Origin: Octopus vulgaris
Taxonomy: Eukaryota
Direction: 5' to 3'
DNA length: 64,000 bases
Assembly (NCBI GenBank): GCA_951406725.2
Contig: OX597820.1
Location: 110,174,001-110,238,000, forward strand
The position numbers and the translations under genes are program-made. This document shows positions 11,872 to 25,004 of this stretch, one piece after another (position 1 is the first letter of the stretch; every line of letters begins with the position of its first letter). The notes under the pieces were generated by a model. It was not told the origin of the DNA, made no database searches, and saw only the letters and a list, made by a program, of their open reading frames with translations.

Positions 11872-13951
11872 ACGCACTCATGTATGTGTTTACCATGTTG
11901 ATAAAACAGTTCTGTGTTTGTTGTGATAGCATGAGGATTTAATTAATAGTATTTCTAGTGTATACCATTTCTTAGTGCTACCTTCTTTAGGAAAAAAGAC
12001 AAGCTCCTCCTTGCTAATGTCCATGGTTAGTTTATAATTTCCACTTGTGGTGTTTTCTTCATTATTTTGCCACGAAAAAGCAACCCGTTTCTGCATTACT
12101 ATGAGATTAAATTTTCAGTTAAAAGAAAGCATGGAAATAATTACCAGACTTTGTTTATCTAGAAAATTGGCAACATGAAAATACCAATAAGAATAAACGG
12201 TCAAATTTAAGTTCACTTCATCTTATTTTGGTTTATTTTCATCTAAATCTTTTACATCAGCTACTGTTGAACCAACAAGAATATTTCTGCGTAGTCACTC
12301 ACCTGCTAGAAATATCAGCTAAATATCCCTCAAATCATGCCCTGCTGTCTTAAAACTATGCTAGATCATTGAATAAGATGCTTCATAGTATTTGTTCTAA
12401 ATATTTACACTTCAAGTTCTAATCTCACTGAGGTCAATTTTGCTCTTTATCCTTTTGAGGATAATTAGAAAACTACTACTCCAAGTGATGGAATGACCAG
12501 AACTTTTAAAGGATTCTGCTATTTATTCCAGATGTTTGTGTTCTCCAGTAATCTCTCCAATATTGATGATCTTTCTTTTGGATAAACATTGGTGATGTAG
12601 AGAGACAGAGACTTTCAAGCATAGGGAACTGCCAATCTCTGCCAAAAATTCTTGTCCAGGTCTACACATACATGAGTAGATGAATGATCAGTATTGACCA
12701 ATGGAGGACCTCCCCTGTCTTAAAGAATAAAAGGGAAACAAAAAGGTTACATTAGATAGCATAGACAGGAGGTACTTATTAGCTACAAGACAGAATTAAC
12801 ATGACTGGATTGCTTTTGATCATAGTTCTATTCAGTCATGGTCTGCTTGAGGTTGCACTACAACAACAACTTCAGTTTCAGCTATTGTAGAAATAAATTT
12901 GCCAAGTGGATATTTTTTCTGTGTATAAGTAAACATAGGTCTTCAGTTCAAATCTACTACAAATATTTGTTTATTAAATTCCATTCACAAAATATCAGCC
13001 AAACTGAAACTATGGTAGAAGTCACTTCTAGGGATCTGTGTTGTAATTTGAAATCTGGAACCACATGGTTGCAAAGTGAACTATTTAATTACACAACTAT
13101 TTAACTACACTACATATTCATTACTTAATCGCTCTACAGCAGTGATCTGTCCATCATTTCCCTAAACTTTCTCAGCTAATTTTCACTTTAAGGAGTAAAT
13201 TCTATAATTAATTAGGATTTTTGGATATGACTTAAGGTTTCATCTCCATATTGTGTTGTTAGGGCAAGTTAGGTTAGCAGTGCTTGTCATTGAAGGACCC
13301 ATCCAGAAAACTCTGATTGTAGGTAGGGTGGGGTTTGAACTCTTAGTTTAAGCAGTAAATTATCTTTTCTCTGTGGTATCTATTTGCAACTAGGTGGATA
13401 TAACCATTTGGGAGTTGAGTGTCTTGGTCATTGTGCATGCCCAGTGGGATATAGGATACTGTTGACATTTCAGTTGCTACCTGGATTACTCAATCAGCCA
13501 TGGCTTCCACCACTCATTTGCTGGTACTTAATGTGTTGATCCATTTCCAAATATTCCTATGTTGAATTCAGAACTGAAGTCAACTCTTAGATTTCAATCT
13601 AGAAATTTGAGACAAAAAAGCAAAATTCTAAGATCATGGCATCAGATGGCCTCTCTTTTTACTGGCTGTTGTGATGTTGAACACTCCTTTATCTATTTTG
13701 ACAATATGTATTGATGTAGGAATCACTGTGTTAATGAAAATTTGCTTCCCAATCACATTGTTTCAGGTTTGGTTCTACTACATGGCACCTTGAGCAAGTG
13801 TTTTCTACTTAAGTTGTGGTTCGACCAAAGACTTGTGGGTGGATTTTGTAGATAGAAGCTGAAAGAGACAAATCCTATGACTGAAATAAATAAAATAATA
13901 AATATATACATACACACACACACACATACATACATACACACACACATATAT

Positions 13952-14877
13952 ATCATCATCGTCGTTTAGCGTCCGTTTTCCATGCTAGCATGGGTTGGAC
14001 GGTTCTACTGGGGTCTGTGAAGCCAGAAGGCTTCATCAGGCCCAGTCAAATCTGGCAGTGTTTCTACGGCTGGATGCCCTTCCTAACGCCAACCACTCCG
14101 TGAGTGTAGTGGGTGCTTTTTACGTGCCACTCGCACAGGTGCCAGACAGAGCTGGCAAACGGCCACGAACGGATGGTGCTTTTTATGTGCCACCGGAACA
14201 AGGGCCAGGCGAGGCTGGCAACGGACACGAAACGGGGCGGTGCTGGCAACGGTCACGAAATGGAAGGTTCTCTTACATGCCACCGGCACTGGTAACACAT
14301 CTGCAATTTCCATTGATCGATTTCCATTCTGATCCTCACTTGCCTCAACGGGTCTTCACAAGTAGAGTTTCGACATGCCACCGGCACTGGTAACACATCT
14401 GCAATTTCCATTGATCGATTTCCATTTCTGATCCTCACTTGCCTCAACGGGTCTTCACAAGTAGAGTTTTGTGTCCCAAGAAGGGAAGGTATGCATACGT
14501 AGGCTGGCTCCATCCCAAGTAGAAGGCCACGGGTTATGGACTCACTTGTCCTGCCGGGTCTTCTCGCGCACAGCACACTTCCAGAGGACTCGGTCTCTAG
14601 TCATTTCCTCAGTGAGACCTAAAGTTCGAAGGTCGTGCTTCACCACCTCGTCCCAGGTTTTCCTGGGTCTGCCTCTTCCACAGGTTCCCTCAACCGCTAG
14701 GGTGTGGCACTTTTTCACACAACTATCTTCATCCATTCTCGCCACATGACCATACCAGCGCAATCGTCTCTCTTGCACGCCACAACTGATGCTTCTTAGG
14801 TCCAGCTTTTCTCTCAAGGTACTTACACTCTGTCGATTATGAACACTGACATTACACATCCATCGGAGCATACTGGC

Positions 14878-14880
<3 letters not shown>
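13952..14880 (-). mobile_element. RTE-clade LINE 3' end (RT C-terminus, 3' UTR, (GAT)n tail)
   Basis: The frame [12 protein letters not shown]...RRLRWYGHVARM...RGRPRKTW is uninterrupted. It is 5'-truncated at a TA/CA microsatellite and has a ~95-bp tandem duplication (14276-14370 / 14374-14469). Confidence 0.9.
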
Positions 14881-14957
<77 letters not shown>

Positions 14958-14973
14958 TATATATATGTATATG

Positions 14974-15023
<50 letters not shown>

Positions 15024-15259
15024 CATATATATATGTGTGTGTATATATATATATATATACACACACACACATATATATATGTATGTATGTATGTATGTAT
15101 AGATAGATAGATAGACTGACAGATAGAAAGATATAAATCAAAACCGTTTGATTCAGAATCCTTGGTACTCTGAGTTTCAAGTGCATGGCTAGTCTTCAGC
15201 CATTGGAGTCTGAGTGAGAATTTGATTGAAGAGACTACATGACCAGTATTAAACAATCT

Positions 15260-16100
15260 TCCAATCTATACATCCTCACAGACAAAACAAACAATATTTA
15301 TGAAACAAACATTTCCACACATTCAAGACTCCTCACAAGTACCGTCACCAAAAGCCATAAATATTACAAACTCTTCAACCCTCATAATGTCAAGTTAAGC
15401 TACTTCTGCTTAGACAACATTGTATCTAACATCACATGCATCAACAGATGTAAAAATGCACTCATACAACCCCCAACCCCAACCTGCAACTGTTGAAATC
15501 CTACCACCTGCCCTCTAGGAGGATCCTGCCTCTCAAGGACTGTAGTATAGAGCCACACTTACTCCATCCGATGGCATTACTTGGCACTACACAGGCATGG
15601 CAGCCAATGACTTCAAGGGAAGATATTCCCAGCACTTTCATTCATTTAGATCCAGAGACAGAGAGAGCGCCACTTCTCTGGAGACTTCATGACCTCCAAG
15701 ACAAAACACCCAGCATCAAGTAGACTGTTATCAACAGGGCACCCCCATATTCACCAAATTGCCAGCTGTGCCTCCATGGAAACCTGCATATCATCTACCA
15801 TCCCACAGTATCCATCAACAAGAAATATGAGGTATCATATTGCTGTCACCAGAGCTATACCCTTCTGGTCAATTTCAAGCCACTGGCTGCCAACAACCCG
15901 GATATACCTCCTTAGTACCAGCCACTCTTAGCACCGCCTGCACCAAGGTCACCGTTACAAATTAACCCCCATGAACAGCACTGCAAATCACCAATCCCCA
16001 ACACTTCTCCATGCCTGTCTACTCCATACTCTGACAGGTAACTGTAAATGCAGCTAAATAAAATGCTGTACTCTACTTTGTGAAGCAACAATGCATTTTA
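15260..16100 (+). mobile_element. Penelope-like element fragment (linker plus GIY-YIG endonuclease), decayed
   Basis: HKYYKLFNPHNVKLSY...CNC*NPTTCPLGGSCLSRTVVYRATL...HYTGMAANDFKGRYSQHFHSFR. The 3' boundary is approximate. Confidence 0.8.
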
Positions 16101-17095
16101 GATAAAGCAAAAACTTCCCTTTTTTTTTAATGATAATTAAAATTTGTACAAATTCTCTTGACTCTAACTAAGAACACATTTTCTCTAATTTTTTCCTGGA
16201 TGCTGGTTGCTTAAGTGTTCCAGTTTGAGTACTGGATAAGAGGGAGCTTATTGTACAAATGTGTGTGTACGTTTGTGTCACCTTGTCTTGACATTGTGTG
16301 ATGATTGTAAATGTGTGTCACTGCCATACAATAGCCTGCAAGGACTTGTCTCTCCTTGAGGAAATAAGATATCCAGCCTTAAAATTTTGCTTCAGTAAAT
16401 TCCATGCAACTCATGCAAGCATGGAAAAGTGTATATTAAAATGGTGATAATAACGATATGTTCCAGATGTTCAGTTTGTGGAACTGAATTATGAGTGGCT
16501 GAATAATCCACAGGCATTTGTAACCTTAACCTAATCTTCAGGCAGAATTAACCTGATGCTGCATATGAAGACCAGAACTTTATATCATAAAACACAGTCC
16601 ATCTGTTGGGCATCCACAGTTTCTGCTAGCCCAGCTGTCTTCATAAGGCTCTAACTGAAGCAAGGCTGTACTCAAGGACTTTTTCCCAAAATGTCAAGTA
16701 ATAACTTGGCATGCATCCAATATCACAAAATGTCAAGTTATGACTTGGCAGGCATCCAATATCCTTCAGTATAATGATTTAAAGTATTGATTTGCAAACC
16801 CAAAGTTTCTCCCATTTCTTTTTCTCTCTCTCTCTCTTTCCCCCCCCCCTCCCTCCATCTCATAACTACCATCATTCTAGTCATAAATTTGTTCCCAGGT
16901 ACCAGGCATTCTTGTTAAGAAATTTTCTCATTCTTTACTCTCTTTTTCTGTCTTCTTTCCTTCACAATTCCACCTATTCTCATTTGAAGAAACAGGTCTA
17001 AGCTTGATTTTGTTCTGTCTCATTATCAGATTTCTTCCTTCCTGTGAAGAAAAATAAAAAAGCTACACACAAAACATTAACTCTCTCTCTTTCTC

Positions 17096-17145
<50 letters not shown>

Positions 17146-17699
17146 TTTTTCTTTTTATGTTTCTTGTATTAAAAGTAATCATAGCAGGAATAAACTTGCT
17201 CTAAGGGGGACCCAAACACTCTCAGCAGCAGCAGAAGGGAAACAAGACTAAAAAATATTTTATATATATATATATATATATAGATAGATATCATTAATTT
17301 TAACAATATAGAGTAAAATCAGTAATAATTTTACCAGGTACCCAGTATGTAAATAAAAAACCTTTTAGGTAAATTTTACAAATTATTCTATAATTATATA
17401 CATAATCATAACAAGAGATTTTATGGTAGTAAGAAAGACATTAGCATCTATTTCTAATTCAGTACATGGCAAGGCACATAACTGACCCCTTGTTATAATT
17501 ATGTATATAATTATAGAATAATTTATATATATATATATGGGTGAAGGCATGGCTAAGTGGCTTGGTTCCAGGTTCAGTCCCACTGTGTGGCACCTTGAGC
17601 AAGTGTTTTCTACTATAGCCTCAGGCCAACCAAAGCCTTGTGAATAGATCTGGTAGATGGAAACTGTAAGAAACCCATCGTATATATATATATATATAT

Positions 17700-18189
17700 A
17701 TACGTTTATATATTTGTTTTGCAAGATTCTTGTGAAATTGTGTGTTAAAACAGATGTTGTTGTATTTAGGAATGGTCATTTTGCCAGTTTAGCCAATAAA
17801 AACACATGCACTATATATTTGGTGTTAATTTGCTTCAGCGTTATTTACTTTTTGCATTAATCTTAATCGTATTTCTGCCAGAGTTCTTTCATCACACTTC
17901 TGTGACCTCATCAGTGGTCCTTTGCTTTCTTCTTTCTTATTTGTGTGTCTCTCCTTACTAACGGTCAGCCATTTTGTATTTTGTATTCCTATTGTATACA
18001 ATAGGAATTCAAAATACAAAAGAAGAAAGCAAAGGACCACTGATGCAGTCACAGGAGTGTGACGAAAGAACTCTGGCCAAAATAAGATTAAGATTAATGT
18101 AAAAAATAAATAACGCTGAAGCAAATTAACACCAAATATATAGTGCGTGTGTTTTATTGGCTAAACTGGCAAAATGACCATTCCTAAAT

Positions 18190-18198
<9 letters not shown>
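17700..18198. mobile_element. Foldback pair of family A pLTR-like elements
   Basis: Inverted arms centred on tgta|taca (17996/17997). Each arm has a hammerhead motif, and both sides are (TA)n. Confidence 0.8.
17876..17920 (-). ncRNA. Minimal type I hammerhead ribozyme, family A (intact core)
   Basis: The reverse complement reads GGACCA-CTGATGA-G-GTCACA-gaag-TGTGAT-GAAA-G-aa-C-TC-TGG. Confidence 0.7.
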
Positions 18199-18267
<69 letters not shown>

Positions 18268-18473
18268 GTGTCTTTGTGTCTGTGTTTGTTCCTCCATCAT
18301 CACTTGACAACTGGTGTTGGTGTGTTTATATTCCCTTAACTTAACAAAAGAGACCTGTAGAATAAGTACTAGGCTTATAAAGAATAAGTCCTAGTTTCAA
18401 TTTCTTCAACTAAAAAACCTTTAAAGCAGTACTTCAGCGTGACTGCAGTCAAATTATTGAAACAAGTAAAAGA

Positions 18474-18512
<39 letters not shown>

Positions 18513-18597
18513 CTTTGTACTCTTTTTTCCACCTTGTTTCACATTTATGTGTTTACTCCAGTATACATATATATATATATATATATTATATGTATAT

Positions 18598-19650
18598 ATC
18601 ATCATGATCATCATTTAATGTCCTCCTTCCATGCTGGCATGGGTAGGATGGTTTGACAGGAGCCAGCCAGGTAAAAGCTTGCACCAGACTTCTGTAACTG
18701 TATTGGCAGGATTTTTGTAGCTGGATGCCCTTCCAAGTGCTAACCACTTTACAGTGTGGACTGGATGCTTTTTAAGTGGCACCTGCACCGACAAGGTCAC
18801 CAAGTATCTTGCAAGACAAAAAATCTTTTGAGAGTAGAAGGGGCATTGGAGGAGGTGATCTTGTGTTAGATGTTGAAAGGTTATGGTGAGACAGAAACAG
18901 GTGTCTTGCTGTAGAAGAGGTACAAGGTTATCTGACCAGAGAGAGAGAGATCAGGAATGAAGACCAAAACAGGTGTGCTGCCACAAAGGAGATACATGGT
19001 TACCTAAGCTGAGGGAAGTGCAGGATAAGGAGGGACAGAGTGGGAGATGGTAGGATAAAGATGGTGGCAAAGTGCCAGGTGTATACACAAGGGATAAGTA
19101 TTGGAATATAAATGAGATAGTTGAGTAAAGGAAGAGAGTGATATAGATGGTGGTAAGTGCTAGGGCATACCCTTGAGGTTTGAAGGTCATAATATAAGTG
19201 TTAGGATATTGTGAAAGAAGCATGATTAGAGAATGTAGAGGGCGAGGAGTGAGTGGCGAAAACCTATGAAAGAGAAATAAGGCTGTGAGGAAAGGACTGG
19301 GGAGTGAGAAGTATGCATAGTGTATGAAGGAGGAAATGTGAGGAAGAGAAGAGGTGTAGATTGGTTTGTTGGGGTATGGTGTATGAAAAGTTTTCTTGTT
19401 ACATGTGGGTGGAACACACAGGTTGGGGGCTATCGGATAACAGTGAGACAGGGCCAAGTGGACAGGATTGGGGAGTGGGAGGTAAGCATAGTGCATGAAG
19501 TGGAAATGTGAGAAAGAGAAGAGACAGAGAGATGTAGTTTGATTTGTTGTGGTATGGAATGTGAGAAGTTTTCTTAAGTGTGAGTGGGACACAATGCTTC
19601 TAGAACTGTTTTGCTGACATGGGTGGGTCTTCTTAAAAACGTCATATCAC
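18598..19650 (-). mobile_element. Older RTE-related 3' UTR / SINE-like repeat
   Basis: atcatcatttaatgtcc...ccatgctggcatggg...ctggatgcccttcc is shared with the RTE tail at 13952-14120. Confidence 0.65.
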
Positions 19651-19670
19651 CAGATATATATATGTATATA

Positions 19671-20484
19671 TAAGCAAAATAGCTAGTTCTAAAATCTCAA
19701 GGAGAGATAGAGTAGTAACGTATACTAAATAGTAAAGTGAGTGGCCACATCAAAGTGGCAGTTGAATGTTACTACTAGTTTAACCTCAGACAGATTGTCC
19801 ACCAGCTCATTTTCAGTGCAATGTTCTGCATCCTTTATATACAATACATCGCTACCAGGTTGAGCAAACCCCTTCTACCCTCCAGCATCTAACAGAATTG
19901 CTGGACTGGCCTGGTTTCAAGCTATTTGGCTATCCTCAGTCATGCACACCTGCACACTGGAATGATAGCTAGAATCAACTTCTGCCAGCAATATATAAAC
20001 AAAGTGACCATCAGTCACTGATATGCAATAAGGAAAATAGCTAGTTATAAAATCTCAAGAAGAAATAGAGTAGTAATGTATATTAAACAGTAAAGCGATG
20101 TGGCTACTTGCTTTACTGTTTAGTTTATGTTACTACTCTATCTCTTCTTGAGATTTTAGAACTAGCTATGTTCCTTGTTGCATATCAGTGACCGATGGTC
20201 ACTTTGTTTACAATATATCACTGGCAGAAGTGGATCCTAGCTATCACCCCAGTGCGCAAGTGCATGCGGCTGAGGAAGAACCAAACAGCTCCAAACTGAG
20301 CCAGTCCAGCAATTCTGTTAGCTGCTGGAGGTTAGTAGGGGTTTGCTCCCCCTGCTAGTGATGTGTTATATATAAAGGGTGCAGAACATTGCACTGAAAA
20401 TGAGTGGGTGGACACTCTTCCTGGGGTTAAACTAGTAGTAACATTCAGCTGTTACTTTGATGTGACTACTCACTTTACTGTTTA
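19671..20484. mobile_element. Retrozyme/pLTR-like ~358-bp monomer (family D), present as 1.2 copies plus an inverted copy
   Basis: The start at 19671 recurs at 20029. The inverted arm is 20110-20484 with a 13-nt loop. Each arm has one hammerhead motif, and the flanks are TA-rich. Confidence 0.75.
19899..19945 (-). ncRNA. Type I hammerhead motif, family D
   Basis: The reverse complement reads CTGAGGA-t-AGC-caaata-GCT-t-GAAA-ccaggccag-TC-cagca. The sister copy at 20265-20311 (+) reads gcgg-CTGAGGA-a-gaac-caaaca-gctc-CAAA-ctgagccag-TC-cagca. Confidence 0.6.
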
Positions 20485-20524
20485 TGTATGTATATATATA
20501 TTTGCAGAGGTATGAATATATATT

Positions 20525-20915
20525 TGTTGCTGTGTAGTAAGTAAATTGCTTACCAACCACAAGGTTCTGGGTTCAGTCCCATTGCGTGGAACTTTGGGCA
20601 AGTGCCTTCTACTATTGCCTGGCACCTTGGGCAAGTGCCTTCTACTATTGCCTCAGGCCAACCAAAGCCTTGTGAGTGGATTTGGTAGATGGAAACTAAA
20701 AGCAGCCCATCATATATATGTGTGTTTGTCCCCCCATCATTGCTTGACAACTGATGCTGGTGTGTTTACGTTCCTGTCACTTAGCAGTTTGGCAAAAGAA
20801 ACTGCTAAAATAAGTACTAGGCTTACAAAGAATAAGTCCTGGGATCAATTTGTTTGACTAAAGGTGGTGCTCCAGCATGGCCGCAATCAAATGGCTGAAA
20901 CAAGTAGAAAAAAAG
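20525..20915 (+). mobile_element. tRNA-type SINE with a ~27-bp internal duplication
   Basis: ggttcagtccc B-box-like head; ttgggcaagtgccttctactattgcct occurs twice; ends on an A/TA tail. A second partial head lies at ~20955-21050. Confidence 0.75.
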
Positions 20916-21213
20916 AAGATATATATATATATATATATATATATTCATATACATAGGTGCAGGCATGGCTATGTGGTAAGAAACTTGCTTCCCAACCACA
21001 TAATGTCATGTTCAGTCCTATTGTGTGGCACCTTGAGCAAGTGTCTTTTTTTATTAAAAATCATTAAAAATAAAAAATATTGCTTTTTATATTACGTTCA
21101 TGTCTTTGAAAGTTTTTAAAATATTTACTTACAGTTTTCTAGTGACAGTGACTTAACATATCTCTTTATGTATATCTCTCTATCTATCTCTGTCTCTTTG
21201 TAACAAATCTCTC

Positions 21214-21522
21214 GTGGAAGCGCCATCCAACCAAAATGCAAATATATGAGAAACTACCACCTGTGTCATCTCTTGTGAAAGGTAGGAGAGTCCAGTTTGC
21301 TGGACATTGTTGTAGAGCTGAAAAAGAGGTAATTTCTACTCTTCTCCTCTGGAAGCCATCTACTCGCAATACCAGAGGGCGCACACTCTCCTACCCTGAT
21401 GTAATCTCCAGGGATACAGGCATCCAGCAACAGGACCTCCGTAATGCCATGATGACCGTGAAGTCTGGCGTAGCATGGTAAATTCCATTGTCTCGATCAC
21501 GGTCGAACAATGATGATGATGA
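21214..21522 (+). mobile_element. 5'-truncated RTE-like LINE with a perfect 15-bp TSD
   Basis: WKRHPTKMQIYEKLP...RRVQFAGHCCRAEKE..., (GAT)n tail, TSD tgtaacaaatctctc at 21199-21213 and 21523-21537. Confidence 0.9.
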
Positions 21523-22559
21523 TGTAACAAATCTCTCTAGCTATATCTCTTGTTTTAGCTTTCATTTTTCAGACGCTATTCTTTTCACTTTCAGTTTTCA
21601 TACACCATTGTTTAACTTCCATGTTATTGTTTTCACTGTAAGTCTAAACTGTCTATCGCTATTTACAAACAAACAACAACAAATTACTGACAGAAAGAAG
21701 TTCACAATTACTAATGTAAGTAATTTCATAATTTACTGACGGAGGTATCTTCATAAATTCCACTTCAATCCATATGGTTTTGTGTTTCTCTGTTGTTGAT
21801 GGTTTCTTTCTGGTTCCTTTGATACTGGTTCTTTGGTTCACTGAGAGACAAATTTTGCTTCAACCCATACAATACTTTATTGTCCATCAAAATTTCTTAT
21901 TTACTTTTTGCCCGTCGTATTAAGAAACATAATTTCCATTACCAAGTTATTTTCATTGTTTACTATCTTCTGCACTTGTGTATTTCTGTATATAACGATG
22001 CCTAGGAGGAAAGGGTCAAATTTATCGGCATAACTACAGATTTCTATTCCCTACCCCCACCCCAATATACAAAATTTTGTGGGAGAAATGTTTTAGGAGG
22101 GGTGGGGAATTTCTGAAAATTCATAGGAGTCCACTTCAATTCGTCTTCACTTTCAAGAAAATGTATATTGTTTTATGAAATTCTCTACAAATATACCTCG
22201 GACTATGTAGATCCCAAGGACATAGGAATTTGGGGAGAAAACAATTGAGGGTTACTTTTGAGACCTGTTCCCCACTTGGGTGTGTTTCTGAACAAGTCGT
22301 CCATATTTCTTTCATTTTCTCTGTTTTGTGGGTTTGTGCATCCATAGATTTCCACTGAAGCAACAAATAGGCAATGAAGGCAAATGAAACCCTCACCAGA
22401 AACCTCATTATGCTAAAAATAGCAGCTAAAGGTCTGGTACACAGAAATATGTTACTAAGATGACTTATCTGGGATTGCATATTTGGAATCTACATTATAT
22501 AACACATATTCGTAGACAATTTCATTACAAAATATCCATTTTTCTGAAAGTTGTGAGCA

Positions 22560-23465
22560 TCCAAAGTCAGGGGGCGGGTGACAGAAATCTGTACTTATGC
22601 AAATTTGCCTACAGTATCAAGGTCAGCCAAAAGAATGTCACTGTCCAGGGAAAGAGAGATAGCTGCAGAAAGGGAAGCATGCCAAGAAACAAACAGACTG
22701 TGCACTACAAAAGTCAGAGCATCTCAAAGTGATGAACAGTGGTATGCACGGCTGATAAAGAATAGGATCTCCACTGCAAAACGAAGAGCAGTTGCTTCTA
22801 TGAAGCAGCTTTCAATTATGATCCAGCAGTTCATTATGCAGATGACACTAGAGTTTCCATTTGTGCAATGACAACTGAGTGCATACATTATAAAGCAAAG
22901 AAGTAGTCTGTAGAGACACCTGCACTGTGCTGCAGTGGTGGAAAGGTTAAACTCCCTGCAATCCCCCAACCTCTAGAGCAATTGAAGAAACTGTTGTTAC
23001 CAACTGACCAAGATTCCAAGCACTTTCAAAACAAAATTAGACAGTACAAAGCTGCACTACAGATGACATCTTTCAAGGTGCAAGGTCAGATTTATAATCA
23101 GATTGGCTCTCTGCTACCTCTGTCAAATGAATCACCAAAATTCCTTCAAATATATTTTACGGCTGATTCTCAGCAAGAAGGCCAAGGGAGGTGCAAGAAC
23201 ATTTCTGGCATGAGGATGAGCATTGTAGTGTCTCTTCAAAAGATGCTGCATAACAGCAACAACCTGATCAGAGGCTTCAAGACTGCACTTGAAACAATTC
23301 CACCTGACTCCATGGATTACATGGTAGTTATCAGATCAGACAAGAAACCATTTGGTCAACATGGAGGAAGGTTTAATGTGCCAACAGCAAATTAAATAGC
23401 TGTACTTCTGGTTGTGCAAGAATATGACAAGTGTGACATTGTCCTCTATCTCAGAGACAGCACAC
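22560..23465 (+). pseudogene. Helitron RepHel N-terminal fragment
   Basis: CCSGGKVKLP...HFQNKIRQYKAALQMTSF-KVQGQIYNQIGSLLP..PKFLQIYF...HGGRFNVPTAN*IAVL are characteristic Helitron motifs. Confidence 0.85.
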
Positions 23466-25004
23466 TGACAGACACAGTTCAACTATAAATGGAAGCTCCC
23501 AAAAATACCACATTCACAATTCATTATAACCTGTTAATATTTGATAATATTTTCTAACATAGGTATGAGGCCATTAAATCTTGAGAGAGGATGTGGTTGA
23601 TTTAATCAATCATACCCTCTATTAATGTTGTATAAAGTGTTGAGCAGGTAGAATTATTAGTGTGTCAGCAAAATTCTTGACACCATTTCTTCTGGTTCTT
23701 TATGTTCTGTTCTGTGTGTGTGTGTTTGTGTGTTTGTCTCTTCCCATCTGTGTGTTGATATTGTTTACAGACTTAAAACCTAGAAAAAAGGAGACAATAT
23801 TTAAACATTGTCAATGTTTAAACCAGCAATAAAAATCAGTTTTAGTTGTTGGCCAGCAGAATAATACCTTATGGGAAATAAATAAAGCTTACCTGCATGA
23901 AGAGTGTCTGGCCATAGAGAACTACTTTGAGAATCTTATTTAACCCATGCTAGCATCTAAAAATCATGATGGTGATAATACCCCTCCTTCCCAATGATAA
24001 TGAATCATCATCATCATCACCACCACCACTAGTAGTAGTAGTAGTAAACTTTTTGTATACCAGCCTGTTTTAAGGTGTTCATTTTTAAATAAAATTTTCA
24101 GTCATAATATAATCCAAGAAAATTTGGTTATGTTCCAAAACAAGTTTTATAGTAAAAAAAGTTAATTATTTTACTCTCAATTTTTGATTATTTTCAAAAT
24201 TAATCAGAACATTGAAGGAGTATATTTCAGTTGAAAGTTAGTCAAGGACAGCTTAAACCATATATTCTTAATAAATGGAATCAGTAAAATTGTGTGTCAG
24301 AAGTGAGCATTGTTTCTTGTTTTTACAGGTGTGCTGTAGTTGGACCTGTATAGTTATTAACAAAATGCAATGCAATATTTTAAAAATTTATTCCTCTAAA
24401 TTAGAGGTTGATCAGTAAAAATAAGCACTAGGAAAATACATTGGGATTGCTTTGATTGACGACATCCTTTTCTTCTGCATGGCACCAAAGTTAGAAATCA
24501 TTAGTATTTTTTTCTTGGTTCATTTTCTATCTTCCAATTATTGTTCTTTTATGCTGTTTCTTCATTGTTTTGAACTGAAATCAATAAAACTTAGGTTACT
24601 TTCACTTGTGAATTATCTTTCACTTGTATATTCAATTTTCATTTTTAGCATTTCTCACTTGTTCAAACTAAAAATATCTTCTTTTATGTTTTTTGGCAAG
24701 AAATTTGAAGTTATGTTTGAGTGGAACAGATAAGATTACTTTGTGTCAGAGATAAATTTGTCCATCTATTGTTAAATAGATACTGTAGTAATGAATTAAC
24801 TAATTAAATATTCACATAGTTGAATATTCCTTCATTATAATATTGCTATAAGTAATGATATTCTGTGTGGCAGACATGTTAGTATGATCAAAGAAACAAA
24901 TGTTAAAACATTGATGCTAGTAGTCGATGTTCCTGTTGTTATTTTTCTTATGAAGTAAATTTGTTACTTCTATAAAAAGATTATTTGTTTATCATTATCA
25001 TTCT

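Larger units (their letters stand above)
17538..18475 (+). mobile_element. tRNA-type SINE split at its internal TA tract by a palindromic insertion
   Basis: SINE head ggttcagtcccactgtgtggcaccttgagcaagtg at 17538-17680 and SINE 3' part at 18255-18475. The same family occurs at 20525, 31345 and 61284. Confidence 0.75.

Noticed and set aside
18951-19592. 213-aa minus-strand ORF
   Set aside because: Low-complexity pyrimidine-rich repeat UTR with no recognisable domain.
24320-24380. Candidate upstream CDC14 exon after ttttacag
   Set aside because: No frame resembles CDC14, and no convincing donor site follows.
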